DNA of 64,000 bases from Anolis carolinensis (lineage: Eukaryota), in contig NC_085844.1 of NCBI RefSeq assembly GCF_035594765.1, positions 184,404,107 through 184,468,106 on the forward strand, given 5' to 3'. This document shows, one piece after another, positions 27,231 through 39,432 of this stretch. The notes under the pieces are model-generated. The model saw nothing but the letters and a program-made list of their open reading frames with translations. It made no database searches and was not told the DNA's origin. The position numbers were made by a program, and so were the translations under genes. The first letter of the stretch is position 1; every line of letters begins with the position of its first letter.

Positions 27231-30200
27231 GTAATGGCATCAGGGCGATGCACAAAACAACAAAAGTAAAGGCCCTCCAACCTTGAAATTTGGCCACATA
27301 ACCCATCATCCACGGCTCCAGTAAGATACAGCACAATTAGATGGCAAACACAATCACAGGGCCAACAAAAGCCCAAAAACCGCAACAGGCGGTCTGCGCC
27401 TGCGCGCACACCGCCCTCTCCTCCCTTCCCGCGCGCACACACACACATCATCCTCACCCAGGAGGCCTCACAAACACCTCGCCATAGCTGGACCTGGGCT
27501 GAAGGAAGGCAGGAAGGTGGATTCCTCTGCCCTCTCCCCCTCAATCTCCTCCCCCCTCAGGACCCATGGAGGGTCGCCGAGCAGCCCCCTCCTCCCGCCC
27601 CTCTCCCCTCCCCTCAGCGCCAGGAAGGCCCCGCGGACCCCCGCCTCACCCTCTCTCCTCCTCCTGGCCTCGGCCTTCCTCCTACCGGGCCCTCCGCAGT
27701 GCCGTCTGCACCCTGGCCCGCCTCAAGGACTTCTTCCCCGGTTCTTCTCTGAGGACTTCAAGGTGAGGGGGGAAGAGGAGGGTATGGCCCTCGAGCAAGC
27801 CTGGACCTCCCCTCCAGTTGTTTTGGGTGCCAAGCCCCGCCCTTCCCGGCCTCAGGCCCCTTCCTTTCCCCCCTCGTTAAACGGCTGACGGGGGGGAAAG
27901 TAAACAGCCTCAGACCAGGAAGGGTGGAAGTTGGCGCCCAAAACAACTGGAGGGAAGGCCCAAGTTGGCCCAGGCTGAGCCCCCCCCTTTTCTGTTGTTA
28001 TTGTGGTTGTTGTTGTTCTCACCCACAAATGACAACCCCTCCAATGCCTCAGCAGCACCCCTTTTTTCCCTCTCAAGCCCTATCGCCCTCACCTTTCCCT
28101 TCCCTGTCAGTAATCATTATTATTAATATAATAATAACTGGTCATCATTTAAGAATGTAATAGTAACCAATAATAATAGTAATTTATTATTGTTATTATA
28201 ACAGTAATAATCATTCAACAATACAATAATAACTAATCATAACAAGTTATTATTATTACAACTATAATAAACATTCAAGGCTGTCATAATAATAATTATT
28301 ATAACACTGATAATCATCCAACAATGTATTAACAATTCAAAATAAGAGTAAATTATTATTATTATTATTATTACAGTAATAATCATTCACAAATGGAATA
28401 ATTATTAGAACATTGATACAAGGGAATTCCAGACAGGAAACAATCAGGGCCAGCTAACACCTCCCAACAAAAAATTCACTCAGCCAGAAAACAGCCAGGC
28501 TTTAAAGCTGCAAGCCCATTACATGCTAATCATTTTCCCTAATTCCAACATTCATACTTCCCTCCAACAGACAAAAAACAATCAGAAATATTGTATATTC
28601 ACAACCTTGAGAAAATAATCTCTCCTGATGGCGCAGCGTGTTAAACCGCTGAGCTGCTGAACTTCTGCACCCAAAGGTCGCAGATGAACACAGCCCCCAC
28701 TATTAGCCCCACCTTCTCCCAACCCAGAAGTTCGAAAACATACAAATGAGAGTAGATGAATAGGTGCCTCTGCGGCGGGAAGGTAACGACGCTCCATGCA
28801 GTCATGCTGACCACATGACTTTGGAGGAGTCTACGGACAACGCCGGCTCTTCAGCTTAGAAATGGAGATGAGCACCAACCCCCAGAGTCAGACACGACTG
28901 GACTTAATGTCAGGGGAAAACCTTTACCCTTTACCTTAACTACCACCACTTCCTCAATACTTTATTTCCCATACCACCAGACTTCGCCACAGCAACGCGT
29001 GGCCGGGCACAGCTAGTAACTTTATATAATGCAGTTCCTGAGGGCATTATCTCAGAAACCTTTGTAACAGCCAGCTCATCCTGTTTTTTAAGTGATCTTA
29101 AGAGTGTCCAGTTCTTCCCATTAAAATCAAGTCTATGCCTTTAGCTAATTTTACAACTAGGTTTTCTAGCTCAGGTTCTTTGTCAGTATCTTGTTTAGGA
29201 ATTGTTGTTGTTCCAGGCATCTCCCAGAATGCTTTTGTTACTGGACACTAACAAGCATTACTGCCATAGCATGTGCTTGATGCAGCAGATGATGCACAGT
29301 TGTTTCTGTGAAATATTATATTGTAATGTATACAGTGAGGCTTCTGTAGCCATGGAATTGGTTCCAGGATCCCCAGAAGATACCATAAAAACATATCCAT
29401 CACTCAAGTCCTTTACATAAAGGGACAAGAAAGGAGCTGAAATAAATTCCAAAGGGAGTTGCCTGTGTGCTCATAAGCTTCAGCCTCCCTGAAAATCAGT
29501 TTCCCTTTGGGGCTTCTTTGAGTTTTCTGGGCTGTATGGCCATGTTCCAGAAGCATTCTCTCCTGACGTTTCACCCACATCTATGGCAGGCATCCTCAGA
29601 GGTTGTGAGGATGCCTGCCATAGATGTGGGTGAAATGTTAGGAGAGAATGCTTCTGGTACATGGCCATACAACCTGGAAAACTCACCGCAACCGGCCATG
29701 AAAGTCTTCAACAACACAGTTCACCTTTTTTTCTCTCTCCTTCATTACATGATCTTTTCGGTTTACCACCTGTCTACACCCCAAAGTCAGATGCCATATG
29801 CAAGAAATTCAGTCTCCCTTTTCATCCTCAACAGCTTTTTCATCCTTAGCAGGGAACTGTTGCAGAAGAGTTTTTACCATAGTCTTTATGCAAGGCCACC
29901 AGGTGGGACAAGGGAGAGATGAGATGTCCTGCAATATCTTTAAAGCCCTGATTCCTTAGAATTATTTTCAATTTGCCACTTGTTAAATCTGCAGTTCCAA
30001 GGCCTGTGGATAGAGAGGGACCACTATAATCAACATTGTATTAAAATATATTAACGTTTTAACATTTTGTATGTGGCTTTGTATCACCAAGAGGACAAAT
30101 TCTCACATCCACTATGCCACATGAATTTGCACTAATGACTATGTGCTTCCTTGTAGGACTGCTGGCAGGGCTGTGGGAGTTTCCAAGCCTCCTCCTTGAG

Positions 30201-33190
30201 CCAGGACAAGAGAAGCAACTGAAATCAGCACTCGCAGGTCACCTCCAGACTTGGGTTGGTAGCGATGTGGCAGTAAGGCGCCTGCAGCATGTTGGGGAGG
30301 TAAAGTAGATCCTACAGAAATGAGCAGCAATGCACCATGCCAGGATTTATTTGTGTTTAGCCAGTATCTCCCAGCAAGCTCTTTCCATCATACTCAATAT
30401 AGGATTTACAGCCCAACCATATTTGAGATGTTATTGGAGTCGTTATCAATGTATGTCTATCTCAGAGTAGTTCAGCTCAGTTATTCATATTTAGTTATTC
30501 TTACATGAATACAGGCTTTGGTTCCATAAAGCACCATTCTCTTTCCCAGCTAAATGTCACTCTTACCCAAGTTATTAATATACCTGCAGATCCTTATTTC
30601 AAGGCAATGAAAGGAGAAGCTCTCCATTTAAACCTTGCTGCTCAACCTCTCTTTACAAGGGTGGGCTTTATCCACTTCTTGGCTGAGGAACTGCATAACG
30701 TGTCCACCAGAAGAGGATGTTGTTGAGCTATAGGCTATTATTTATTTATTTATTTATTTATTTGCAGCATTTATATAATAATAATTTTTATAATAATTTT
30801 ATTCTTATATCCCGCCCCATCTCCCCGGAGGGACTCAGGGTGGCTTACATGGGGCCATGCTCAGACACGACAGCACAAATCAGATAAAACATTAAACCGA
30901 GCAGTAAAACTTCAACATGATTAAAAACAGTCATAAAAGTCAATATACACAATAATATTAAAATCCCGATTTGGGTCAAAAGATCCAGGCCAAGGTGCAA
31001 AGCAATATCAAGTTATCAGGGAGGGATAATTATACAGCAGGTGTAATACTTAAAGTGCTGAATGAATCCTAAAAACAATCCAGAGGGTCTACTGCTTAAT
31101 AGGTAAATAACATGATCCCACAAGGATCAGTCAACGAAGGCCTTCTGGAATAACCAAGTTTTCAGGCTCTTCCTGAAAGAAAGTAGGGTAGGGGCCTGCC
31201 TAATCTCCCTGGGGAGCGAGTTCCACAGCCGGGGGGCCACGGCGGAGAAGGCCCTCTCCCTCGTCCCCACCAACCGCAACTGCGAAGTTGGTGGAAGCAA
31301 GAGGAGGGCCTCCCCCGACGAGCAAAGAGGTTGTGCGGGTTCATAGGGGGAAATGCGGTCTCGAAGGTATACCGCCCTTCTCAACCCTGAAGGGGACACA
31401 GGGCAGTTCACAGTGTTGACTATGCCTCCATTTCTACCCTCATCTCTTGTCTTCACCAGGTCCTCCATGTTTTCTCCCATATCCGCAAAACATATGTGAT
31501 CTATTTTTTAAATCTGAACAAAGAAGAGGAAAACTGTGACAAAGAAGTGGAGCTGCCAGCATCCCGATGGGTGACCAAAACCGAATTCCAGAGCTCAGCT
31601 ATTTCTACAGCCATGAAAAAGGTACTGAATACTGACGGCTAGGTATTTTCAAATTTCAGGTTGCATTTCTCCAAAGAGATGCAGGTGAAAAACAATGTGA
31701 AATGTTAGCCATAGAATCTGAAAATAATTGAACTATTTAATATCACTAAGGGGTATAAGCAGTATGTAACTTTCAGGCAAGGGATACACAGGTTTTGTTT
31801 TGTTTCAGCTGTTCCTGTGTGTGTGTGTGTGTGTGTGTGTGAATGTTCTGCTCCACTGATGTAAGAAGTAGTTCTAGATGATCAATAGTGATAATGTTCC
31901 AAACAACAAATATATGCAGTCCTGCTATACTGAATTTGAAGGAAGTGAGGTCACAAATAGTCTTATACTAGTGTTCCACGTCCCCATGGTGGCACTAAAG
32001 ACCTTTGTGTGTTTAGTGCTAAGGTTTCAGTGCGGAATGAATACACTTGTAAGCACTTTGCCAGGTCTTTTGGTCACAGACAGATGATTTTAGGGGAGTT
32101 CATTTCTGTTTACTTGACCTCTTGCATGCTTGGCACAAACTTTGTATTGAATGAAATTTTTACAAACCGTCTGGACATCTTTATCTGTGGAGAAGCCAAG
32201 GGCATAAGGATGCAGAGACGGAGTGCCTCATCTCTACCACATCCTTTAATTTTCACTTTTGAAACTGGGTGCTTGCATGGGATGCTGATATTAGTAGAAT
32301 TTATTTGTATACCACCTTTCATTTCAATTACTAAATTATCAATTTAATGCACTGCTAAATGGTTTTGAGTGTCATGTGGGGCGTCTTATTTTCAGATTTT
32401 GAAAGCCTATGAAGCATGGAGCTCTAAAACCAGTTCTGACAAGGTAAGTTCATCATTTTGATAGAGGCGAACTGCAATTTTGTGAATATTCCCAAAACAA
32501 AATAAGTACATACTTCAGAATTAGTTATCGGTCAAAGAATTTTTCTTTGAAACTTACTACAGGCAGTCCCCAAGTTAAGAAAAATATAGGTTATGTAGGT
32601 TTATTTTTAAGGTGAATTTGCATGAAAGTCAGAACAGGTACATATTTTAAGTGTAACTCTAGCCAAAAGATTAACAACCATGTGGTGTTTGTTTAGAATA
32701 TTTCACTTTACTTCTGTCAATGTGATAATTGGATTTTGAAAAAAATGGCTTGTTGTGGAAACAAGGATTACTGAGAGAGCTTCAGTGGAGACCCCTTTTC
32801 TCCATGATAACTCTTATAGGAATGAATTTCTCTCACTTCCTGTTGTCTCACCCCCGTTCTTAACTATGAGTCATTTGTAAGTCGAATATTTGTATCTCAG
32901 GGACTGCCTGTAGTTACACTTCCTTACAATCATACCATGTAGATGATGATGGTTTGGCTTTTCCCCTAGACCCAAGGACCCAAAGATGGGGCTAGTGTTC
33001 AGTGGGAAGCTGGAGTATAAATACAGCCACAGGCATTTCAGTATTAAAGATATCTGCATGTGTGATTGTGCAGGTTGTTAAGCGGAAACGAGACACCCTA
33101 CATGCGAGCCATTCAAAGCCAGAAGAGGCCAGTGTCTGCAAAAGGCAACTTTCTCTGGATTCTTTTCTTGCAACAAATCCCAAGAACTGA
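16286..33190 (+). CDS. MUTYH: Adenine DNA glycosylase (MutY homolog), 15 coding exons, about 521 aa
   Basis: Exons: 16286-16394, 18102-18223, 18321-18360, 18823-18896, 19049-19090, 19221-19292, 20787-20900, 21644-21741, 22804-22948, 23990-24077, 25005-25196, 30157-30299, 31460-31621, 32396-32443, 33074-33190. All introns are GT-AG, phases are consistent, total 1566 nt. Motifs: [26 protein letters not shown], Hh[16 protein letters not shown], Fe-S C-x6-C-x2-C-x5-[14 protein letters not shown] loop, PIP box QLSLDSFL. The first coding exon is less certain and is supported mainly by phase and splice sites. Confidence 0.96.
16445..17040. mobile_element. Tc1/mariner-type MITE with nested L2 3' fragment (about 16647-16942)
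   Basis: TIR CAGTAGAGTCTCACTTATC with a TA TSD. The nested L2-type tail is CCGCCCTGAGTCCC...(AAAT)n. Confidence 0.8.
17088..17392 (-). mobile_element. Sauria SINE
   Basis: Reverse complement of the 1852 copy. Confidence 0.85.
20058..20750 (-). mobile_element. R4/Dong-clade non-LTR retrotransposon 3' fragment (RLE endonuclease)
   Basis: Encodes [18 protein letters not shown] (zinc knuckle), RHN and PDITVV...IIDVAIP...EK (PD-(D/E)xK). It is flanked on both sides by (TTA)n. Confidence 0.85.
23576..23869 (-). mobile_element. tRNA-derived SINE (non-Sauria family), full length
   Basis: tRNA-like head and A-tail. TSD AAACTTGAT at 23567-23575 and 23870-23878. Confidence 0.75.
25702..27170 (-). mobile_element. 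Non-autonomous Helitron-like element with internal ~120-140-bp tandem repeats
   Basis: The minus-strand 3' end reads GCCCGGGCAGGGTACCCAAG-CTAG|T. About eight repeats contain AACTACAACTCCC. The 5' end is TA-rich and there is no TSD or TIR. Confidence 0.6.
27170..27223. repeat. (TA)n microsatellite
   Basis: Directly visible in the sequence. Confidence 0.95.
27566..27762 (+). pseudogene. Captured, frameshifted first-exon fragment of a TESK1-like kinase
   Basis: Reads ...[22 protein letters not shown], then after a frameshift FFSEDFK|GTGAGG (splice donor). This matches the recalled TESK1 N-terminus [34 protein letters not shown]|V. Confidence 0.75.
28625..28937 (+). mobile_element. Sauria SINE (inside the Helitron-like element)
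   Basis: Homologous to the other Sauria SINE copies. Confidence 0.8.
29515..29720. mobile_element. Penelope-like inverted terminal repeat (near-palindrome)
   Basis: The same Penelope unit occurs in both orientations around 29600. Confidence 0.7.
30740..31410 (-). mobile_element. L2 LINE 3' portion nested inside another L2-type tail
   Basis: Translation [15 protein letters not shown]...[10 protein letters not shown] is typical of the L2 ORF2 C-terminus. The 3' tail is CCACCCTGAGTCCC...GGCGGGATATAAG(AAT)n. Confidence 0.8.
31816..31841. repeat. (TG)n microsatellite
   Basis: Directly visible in the sequence. Confidence 0.9.
32560..32910. mobile_element. Tc1/mariner (Tigger-like) MITE
   Basis: TA-CAGGCAGTCCCC...GGGACTGCCTG-TA; related copies start at 50734 and 63753. 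Confidence 0.7.
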
Positions 33191-33508
33191 CATAGTCTAT
33201 CTGCTGTGCCTGACTTCATATGGGAAATGATACACATCCCCTGCTCCCCTATAGAAAGCACTGCTGGTGTCTCCCCAAGGAGATGATAATTTCATGACCT
33301 TCACATTATTTCTGAGAGCATTCTTGTCTTATGTTCATGTGCCTGTTGGAGACAATTCTAAACACAGCTTGCTACTATGAAGTATTAATGTTTCTCTTGG
33401 ATTCCCCATGTGTCTTTTACCTTGAGAGATAAGGGACTAAACGAAGGGTAACAACAGCTGTCTGCAGCAAGCACATCACGGAGTCTACTAACATTCTTGC
33501 ACATGCAC

Positions 33509-33767
33509 AATAAAAGCAGATGAAGCTATTCCCATGGTTTCATACAGTCATGACATAACAACAAAGAAAATATGTTTTTAAATGTGACACAGGATAGCAG
33601 AAGTAGGATAGGATATCTGATCTCCTGTGGCTGACAAATTTGATCAGGCTTTCTTGTTGCTTCTTAAGACATGTAAATATTCTTTTACTGGGTCTTAGCG
33701 CTATATTAATTGTCATTTTTATCACAAATTAACAATATCCTGTTCTCATTTTGTTTACCTTAATAAA
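33509..33767 (+). terminator. Candidate MUTYH polyadenylation signals
   Basis: AATAAA at 33509-33514 and 33762-33767, downstream of the stop at 33190. Confidence 0.45.
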
Positions 33768-35973
33768 TTTTTAAATAATTTGTATCAAGGTATTATTTAT
33801 GTCAGTTTTTCAGTGACTGTTGCTTCCCCAAAATCAATCATGTTATCCACATTACAGTACTGAATTGTGAAAGTTCTTCTATGGTTGATAAATTGAGCTC
33901 CAGTTTATTGGTGACCTGTGTGGAGTTGTGGTGGTGGGATGTAACAAAGAGATTTGATCATATGCATGGCTGAAGCATAATTAAAAATAGAGACACATCT
34001 GAGAATAAGAAGACTGTTCACACATATGTAGTATGTTGTGCCATCCACAAATAATACCACAATTGCAATATGCACACACACAAAAATTACCACTTTTAAA
34101 AAAGCATTCTGCCTACTGACCGAAAAGAGTGGCTTGCTTGAAGGACTGGAAGGTCCTTCCAGGCTGGCTGGAAGGTGTCAACTATGGTCTTTTATCAGGT
34201 ACAGATAAACCACTATGTTAGCTTCCCCAAGTGGAAGATATCAAGTTCAAAAAGCTTGGTCTTGTGGCAAATAAATCAGTAAAGCATGATTTAGAAAAAA
34301 GAGACAGAAAAAAATAACAAGATTTATACACAGTGGTTTCTAAGAATGACAACAGATTATCAATTATTTTAATTTTAAGGAGAAAGGAAATACAGGGGAA
34401 CCATTATACTTGGAAAAAGTTATATCCAGGATTACAGAAATTGAGAGTTTATCAAACAAACAAGCTGACTAAATTACCAAACTAAAATATCAAAACACTA
34501 CGCCATCACATCCAGTAGAAAAAGAATAGTATGCCTAAAAACAATGAATGAAACTGTGTTTCTAAAGAGAACAGTGCTGCTTTTGTTATTCCATCCCAAC
34601 AGCTAAGATACTTAGGAGGGAGCCCTGAAGCAGAAGAAAAGTAATAGCTCAACAGCACCAACTGTTCAAGCTCTCAAAGGGGTTTGGGAAGAAAGCCAAG
34701 CTTCCTTTTGTTTTTGAGATAGACTTCATGCTTTTGAATGTTCCAACTTCCTTACCTTGGGATTGGGACAAATTTGGGCAGGTGTCAACATGCCACTTCT
34801 CTTTTTCCATTTCAGTTTCTAAGATATATCTCCCAACAGCATGCAAAGTTATGTTTCTATTTTTCACTTATTTATACAGTTGATTCACTTATTTTATCAG
34901 GTTGTGTTTATGTTGGTTGTGTTTCCAGGAGTCTTCAATAGGTATATTTAAAAGCAAGCTGATATTCTTAAAGAAAATCACACGCCCTATGTTCACCACT
35001 CCTCCAATTGTGTAGTCCTGTAACAATGGGTTTCTGTGTTAATATTAATAAGGAAAAATAATTCAATAGGTAAATAATAGTTTACTATCTCTGTAATGCC
35101 ATTGTTACATCAATAATATTACTAAAACACAAATAATAGCACCATATCTTCTCCCAGTAAAATCTAGATTTCATTTAGTACTGAAGAGAATCCAAGAACC
35201 CGAGGAATCAGTGAGGTAAATACCATTCAGTCCAGGCAATTACTGAGGCATGTTCTGAACTAAAACAACGTGCATTGTCTCTCTGGCTCTCTACAGTCAA
35301 TGGAATCCTTTTTATGGCATGTGAACTAAAGCAAAATAGGAAGATTTTTTTTCACTGGGAATATTACAAACTGGGCAACAGAAATTGTATAAGCAGCAAG
35401 ACTAGTAGAGACAGAAGTAAGTTCCTCATTTTAAGGAAGGGACAGCAGAAAAAGATTTGTTCAAAGGGCATTTTAGCTATATCAGACTTTGTTTCCAGGT
35501 CCCTAAAGAATATAAGTTTTATTATAGACCAATAACTTACTTGAAAATAATAGCATTCACTCCTCTCTGGGACAGAAATGCATGCTATGTCTTATACCAT
35601 TTCAGGGTTGAGAAAAAAAATATTAGCTTAGATGTACAGAAAGACAAAATTCATATGCATTCTTTTGAAAAGCTGTGGTTGCTGCCACAATAGTTCTTTC
35701 CTACCGTCGTCTCCCAATTCCTGTCAGTGACGTATACAAGTTCTAGTTAAAGGTCAGCCATAGGATATAGAGTTTTTCTACGTGACAGTAAGCAAACAGG
35801 ATGGAGTGTGCTTTGCTAATGTAAGAAACAAGTATAGTATCTTCATCAGAACTCTTAGGCAAATTATTAATCTAACATGGGAACACAAGCTACAAAGGTA
35901 GGTCTGCAAGAGCATTGATACCACATGGGACTCACAAAAGGGTTTTTTGAGTTGAGAACTGAAGTATCTCTCC

Positions 35974-37146
35974 CTACTGATGGCCCATATAATTCTGAAC
36001 AGCTTGCCAAAGAGCACGGATATTTCCCTCTCCAAAACCTGCAGCCCCACATCGCTCTATGACTTCCAGAAAGAAAGTCTCCTCTCTAAAGAGTGGCTTG
36101 GTGAAGATCTGCATCAGGAATTGTTTCCCATGAAGGTCACTGTGGTCTCCTTCTCCATCTACAGCAGCATCCAGAAGAATACCACGATCTTTTAAGAGCT
36201 GAATATCCTGCCCAGCTCGCTGTATCTCCTGCATCTTTCTTTTCTCAGTGTAATATTCTACAGGCGTTTTGACAAAGTTTACTCCAGACTTGGCCATGGC
36301 TGCAACAGTACTTATGATATCTGTGGTATAGAGTGCTATGTGTTGGATGCCAGCTCCACCATGCTGCTCTAAGAAATTGTCCACCTGGTTGTGACTCTGC
36401 CCTGGCATTGACTCTGCCAGAATAAATTTACAGTCCTGGTCAAGCCCACTGTACCACATAGCAGTGAGGCGAAGACCCACACCCGCCCCATGGATTACAT
36501 AGCCCTCTGCGACGTCATCTTGCTTATGGACCAGGAAGCGCTGGAAATCAAAGCAGGTCTCATACCACTCCAGTAAAGCTTGTGTACTGCCCTGGGGGCA
36601 AACGAAAGTGATGTGGTCAAAGTGTGTGATCTCCCCAGTCTTCTGGAACTTCTTGAGGGCATCCTTCTCAACCTGGAAACCAGGCAAGAATGGTCCACAA
36701 TACTGAGACCGGTCAAGTAGAGTGTGGCTAATGTTGCCCACAATAGATTTCACCACAGAATAAATGACACAGCCATCCTCATCCGCTACAGTGGTGGGAG
36801 GGATAAGGATTTGGCAGCCACGCTCCTGCAGACTCAGGGTGAAGCCAGGTACATCTTCTGTTTCAAAGCCAATGTTGGAGGCTGTACTAACAGAATACTG
36901 TAGGTCCACATCGTAGAGGATCCCACTATCAGAAGATGACTCAGATGCAACTTCTCCCGGTATCACCTGCCGTTTTTCATTGACGACAAAAATTGCATCC
37001 CCTCTTCGCAAAGCCAGTTGCCTGCTTGATTCTGCTTTCCGTGTTGCAAACAACTCAAAGCCAAACTTACTCACCAGATCTTTAGCCAGGTGTTCCTTCT
37101 CAAGAACATGAAACCCGATGTAACATAAGCGGTGTAGAAGAGACAT
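35974..37146 (-). CDS. HPDL: 4-hydroxyphenylpyruvate dioxygenase-like protein, intronless CDS, 390 aa
   Basis: ORF from the ATG at 37146 (MSLLHRLCYIGFHV); the ORF-track start at 37176 is a TTG. VOC dioxygenase His-His-Glu ligands lie in FDHITF, GIQHIAL and FFLEVIER, with a C-terminal GFGEGNIRALW. Tail-to-tail synteny with MUTYH is as in other vertebrates. Confidence 0.95.
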   Translation of the reverse strand: MSLLHRLCYIGFHVLEKEHLAKDLVSKFGFELFATRKAESSRQLALRRGDAIFVVNEKRQVIPGEVASESSSDSGILYDVDLQYSVSTASNIGFETEDVPGFTLSLQERGCQILIPPTTVADEDGCVIYSVVKSIVGNISHTLLDRSQYCGPFLPGFQVEKDALKKFQKTGEITHFDHITFVCPQGSTQALLEWYETCFDFQRFLVHKQDDVAEGYVIHGAGVGLRLTAMWYSGLDQDCKFILAESMPGQSHNQVDNFLEQHGGAGIQHIALYTTDIISTVAAMAKSGVNFVKTPVEYYTEKRKMQEIQRAGQDIQLLKDRGILLDAAVDGEGDHSDLHGKQFLMQIFTKPLFREETFFLEVIERCGAAGFGEGNIRALWQAVQNYMGHQ

Positions 37147-38609
37147 GATACAGTTTGGGAGGACAGCTGATGGCAACTAACAGCTCTGTTGCTGGATCTA
37201 TAAAAATAGAGCAAAATCCAGTTCAGTGTTTGATTATTTGAGAGCAGGGCACAGGCAGGAGGGGCTGGAATGCAAATTGAGATCCCTTCTATTGCTACTC
37301 TTAACATAAATACCCCATGTTTTGCAGGAATAGGAATGAGTACATGAGTACAAAAATATCCAGGCCTAGAATGCAAAATAGGACCAATATCTAAGGTTCA
37401 AGACCCTGCCCCTCAATAACCCCTTTCTTTCATTCCTTTAGAATAGGGCTTCTTCACCTTTCCCACTCAGGAAACATTTTGGCCCAGTTTTTTTACATGA
37501 TCCCAGTTATATAAGTGGTATATAAAAGAGATATAAAAATTGGACATCTACTGATAGCAAACCAGCATTTGCAAGGACTTGCTAAACTGGCTGATTTTTC
37601 TTTTTATGAAGTACAGTTGAAGCATCTTCTGCAGAGTCCACTATAAACATTGCACAACAGATTCATGTAAATGTCTAAAACAGAGACTAGAGATGATGTT
37701 CAGGAAAAGTCATCATTCAGGACCCCAACATTTAACTAAGGGGACCCCATTTGAGGTTGGGACCCACATGTTAAGAAGCAGCACTTTATAAAAGGTTCTG
37801 GCTGCTTTATGTTCATGCTTTAGGTATGTTGCTATCACTATCCCTTCACATTCACGCTAAGGACAGTGTGTTCTTCATCAAATGGGAAAAGCAGGATATT
37901 TAGAGACATTGTAAAAGAAATGTGATGCAAAGCTACAACATCAGAAAGAAGTAGAGCTTCTCTGCCGTCCCACTTGTATTCACAAGAGGGGGGAAATGGG
38001 GGGGGGGTCTCAAAGATAGCAGCATTTATCCCTATCTGCTCTGCTACAGAATAAATCCTGGAAAGCATGAAATAATGATGAAAATAAGGGCACCACAGAA
38101 TATGGAGCACATACCTTTCCGGAACCTATTTTCCCACAACACTGTTAAAATACTTTTGTAATCCAGATCATTGTATAAACCTATTCTGTAGTTACATGAC
38201 TGTAACCAAATACAACACATTTAAACAGCTCTGCCAATTGAGGAATATTTAAGAGTTACATGTACTGTCAATCCACCATATTGGCTCTGGTTAGGGGCAC
38301 AGGAATTCTGCAAAAGTGGGAACTCTGTAAATAAATAACATTATTTTTTCAGCTGAGAAATCACCTCTAGGTCTTCCAGTGCGACCGTAGTCATACAGAA
38401 GTTCCTCAGGTTAAGTTAACTGTTATTTATGAAATACAGCTTATAGTAAAGTTTAACCAGGGGTATGCAATTTCCCTTGCTGAGCAGAATAACACTTAAC
38501 ATATACAATTCTATTGCTGTGCTGAATACAAGAATCCACATATTACAGATACAAAAGGGGTAAAGATCATCACTGCAGATGACCTCCGCACAAGATCCAA
38601 CTGATAGTA

Positions 38610-38952
38610 CAGTAGAGTCTCACTTATCCAACAAAAACGGTCCGGCAGAACGTTGGATAAGCGAAAATGTTTGATAATAAGGAAGGATTAAGGAAAAGCC
38701 AATTAAACATCAAATTATGTTATGATTTTACAAATTAAGCACCAAAACAGCATGTTTTACAACAAATCAAAAGAAAAAGCAGTTCAATACACAGTAACGT
38801 TATGTAGTAATTACCATATTTACAAATTTAGCACCAAAACATCGCGATTTATTGAAAACATTGACTTAAAAAAGCTGACTACTAAAGGACAGACTGTGTT
38901 GGATAATACAGAATGTTGGATAAGCGCAGCTTGGATAAGCGAGACTCTACTG
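38610..38952. mobile_element. Tc1/mariner-type MITE
   Basis: TIR CAGTAGAGTCTC with a TA TSD. The site is empty in duplicate copies 2 and 3. Confidence 0.85.
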
Positions 38953-39117
38953 TAATAGAGATTTGGTACTTGTATGCTTTTTTATTTTCTTCACATTATG
39001 TTGTAGAATAATGCTTTGATTTAAAGGCACCCTGAGACAACTGCACCAAAAGTACAAGCCACAGTCTACAAAAGATGATTCTTATCAGACTTTACTATAT
39101 ATGTATGTGTTTGCAAT

Positions 39118-39432
39118 CCCCCCCGGTGGCACAGCAGGTTAAACTGCTGAGCTAGGGACCTTGCTGACTGAAAGGTCAGCAGTTTAAATCCGGAGAGCGG
39201 TGTGAGCTCCCGCTGTTGGCCCCAGCTCCTGCCAACCTAGCAGTTTGAAAACATGCAAATGTAAATAGATCAATAGGTACCGCTTCAACGGGAAGATAAC
39301 GGCCAAATGACCTTGGAGGTGTCTACGGACAACGCCAGCTCTTCGGCTTAGAAATGGAGATGAGCACCAACCCCCAGAGTCGGACACAACTAGCCTTAAT
39401 TCCAGGGGAAAACCTTTACCTTTACCTTTACC
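39118..39432 (+). mobile_element. Sauria SINE (also at about 44372-44685 and, partial, 47925-48055 as part of the triplication)
   Basis: Homology to the other copies and an ACCTTT tail. Confidence 0.8.

Larger units (their letters stand above)
27171..29016 (+). mobile_element. Non-autonomous Helitron-like element carrying captured host and TE fragments
   Basis: 3' hairpin GCCAC-AGCAACGC-GTGGC (28986-29003), then 9 nt, then CTAG|T (29013-29016). The 5' end is (TA)nAAAGAG. It contains a TESK1-like exon, a Penelope fragment (about 28420-28580) and a Sauria SINE. Confidence 0.65.

Noticed and set aside
37147-37176. N-terminal extension MPSAVLPNCI of HPDL
   Set aside because: It starts at a TTG; homology begins at the ATG at 37146.
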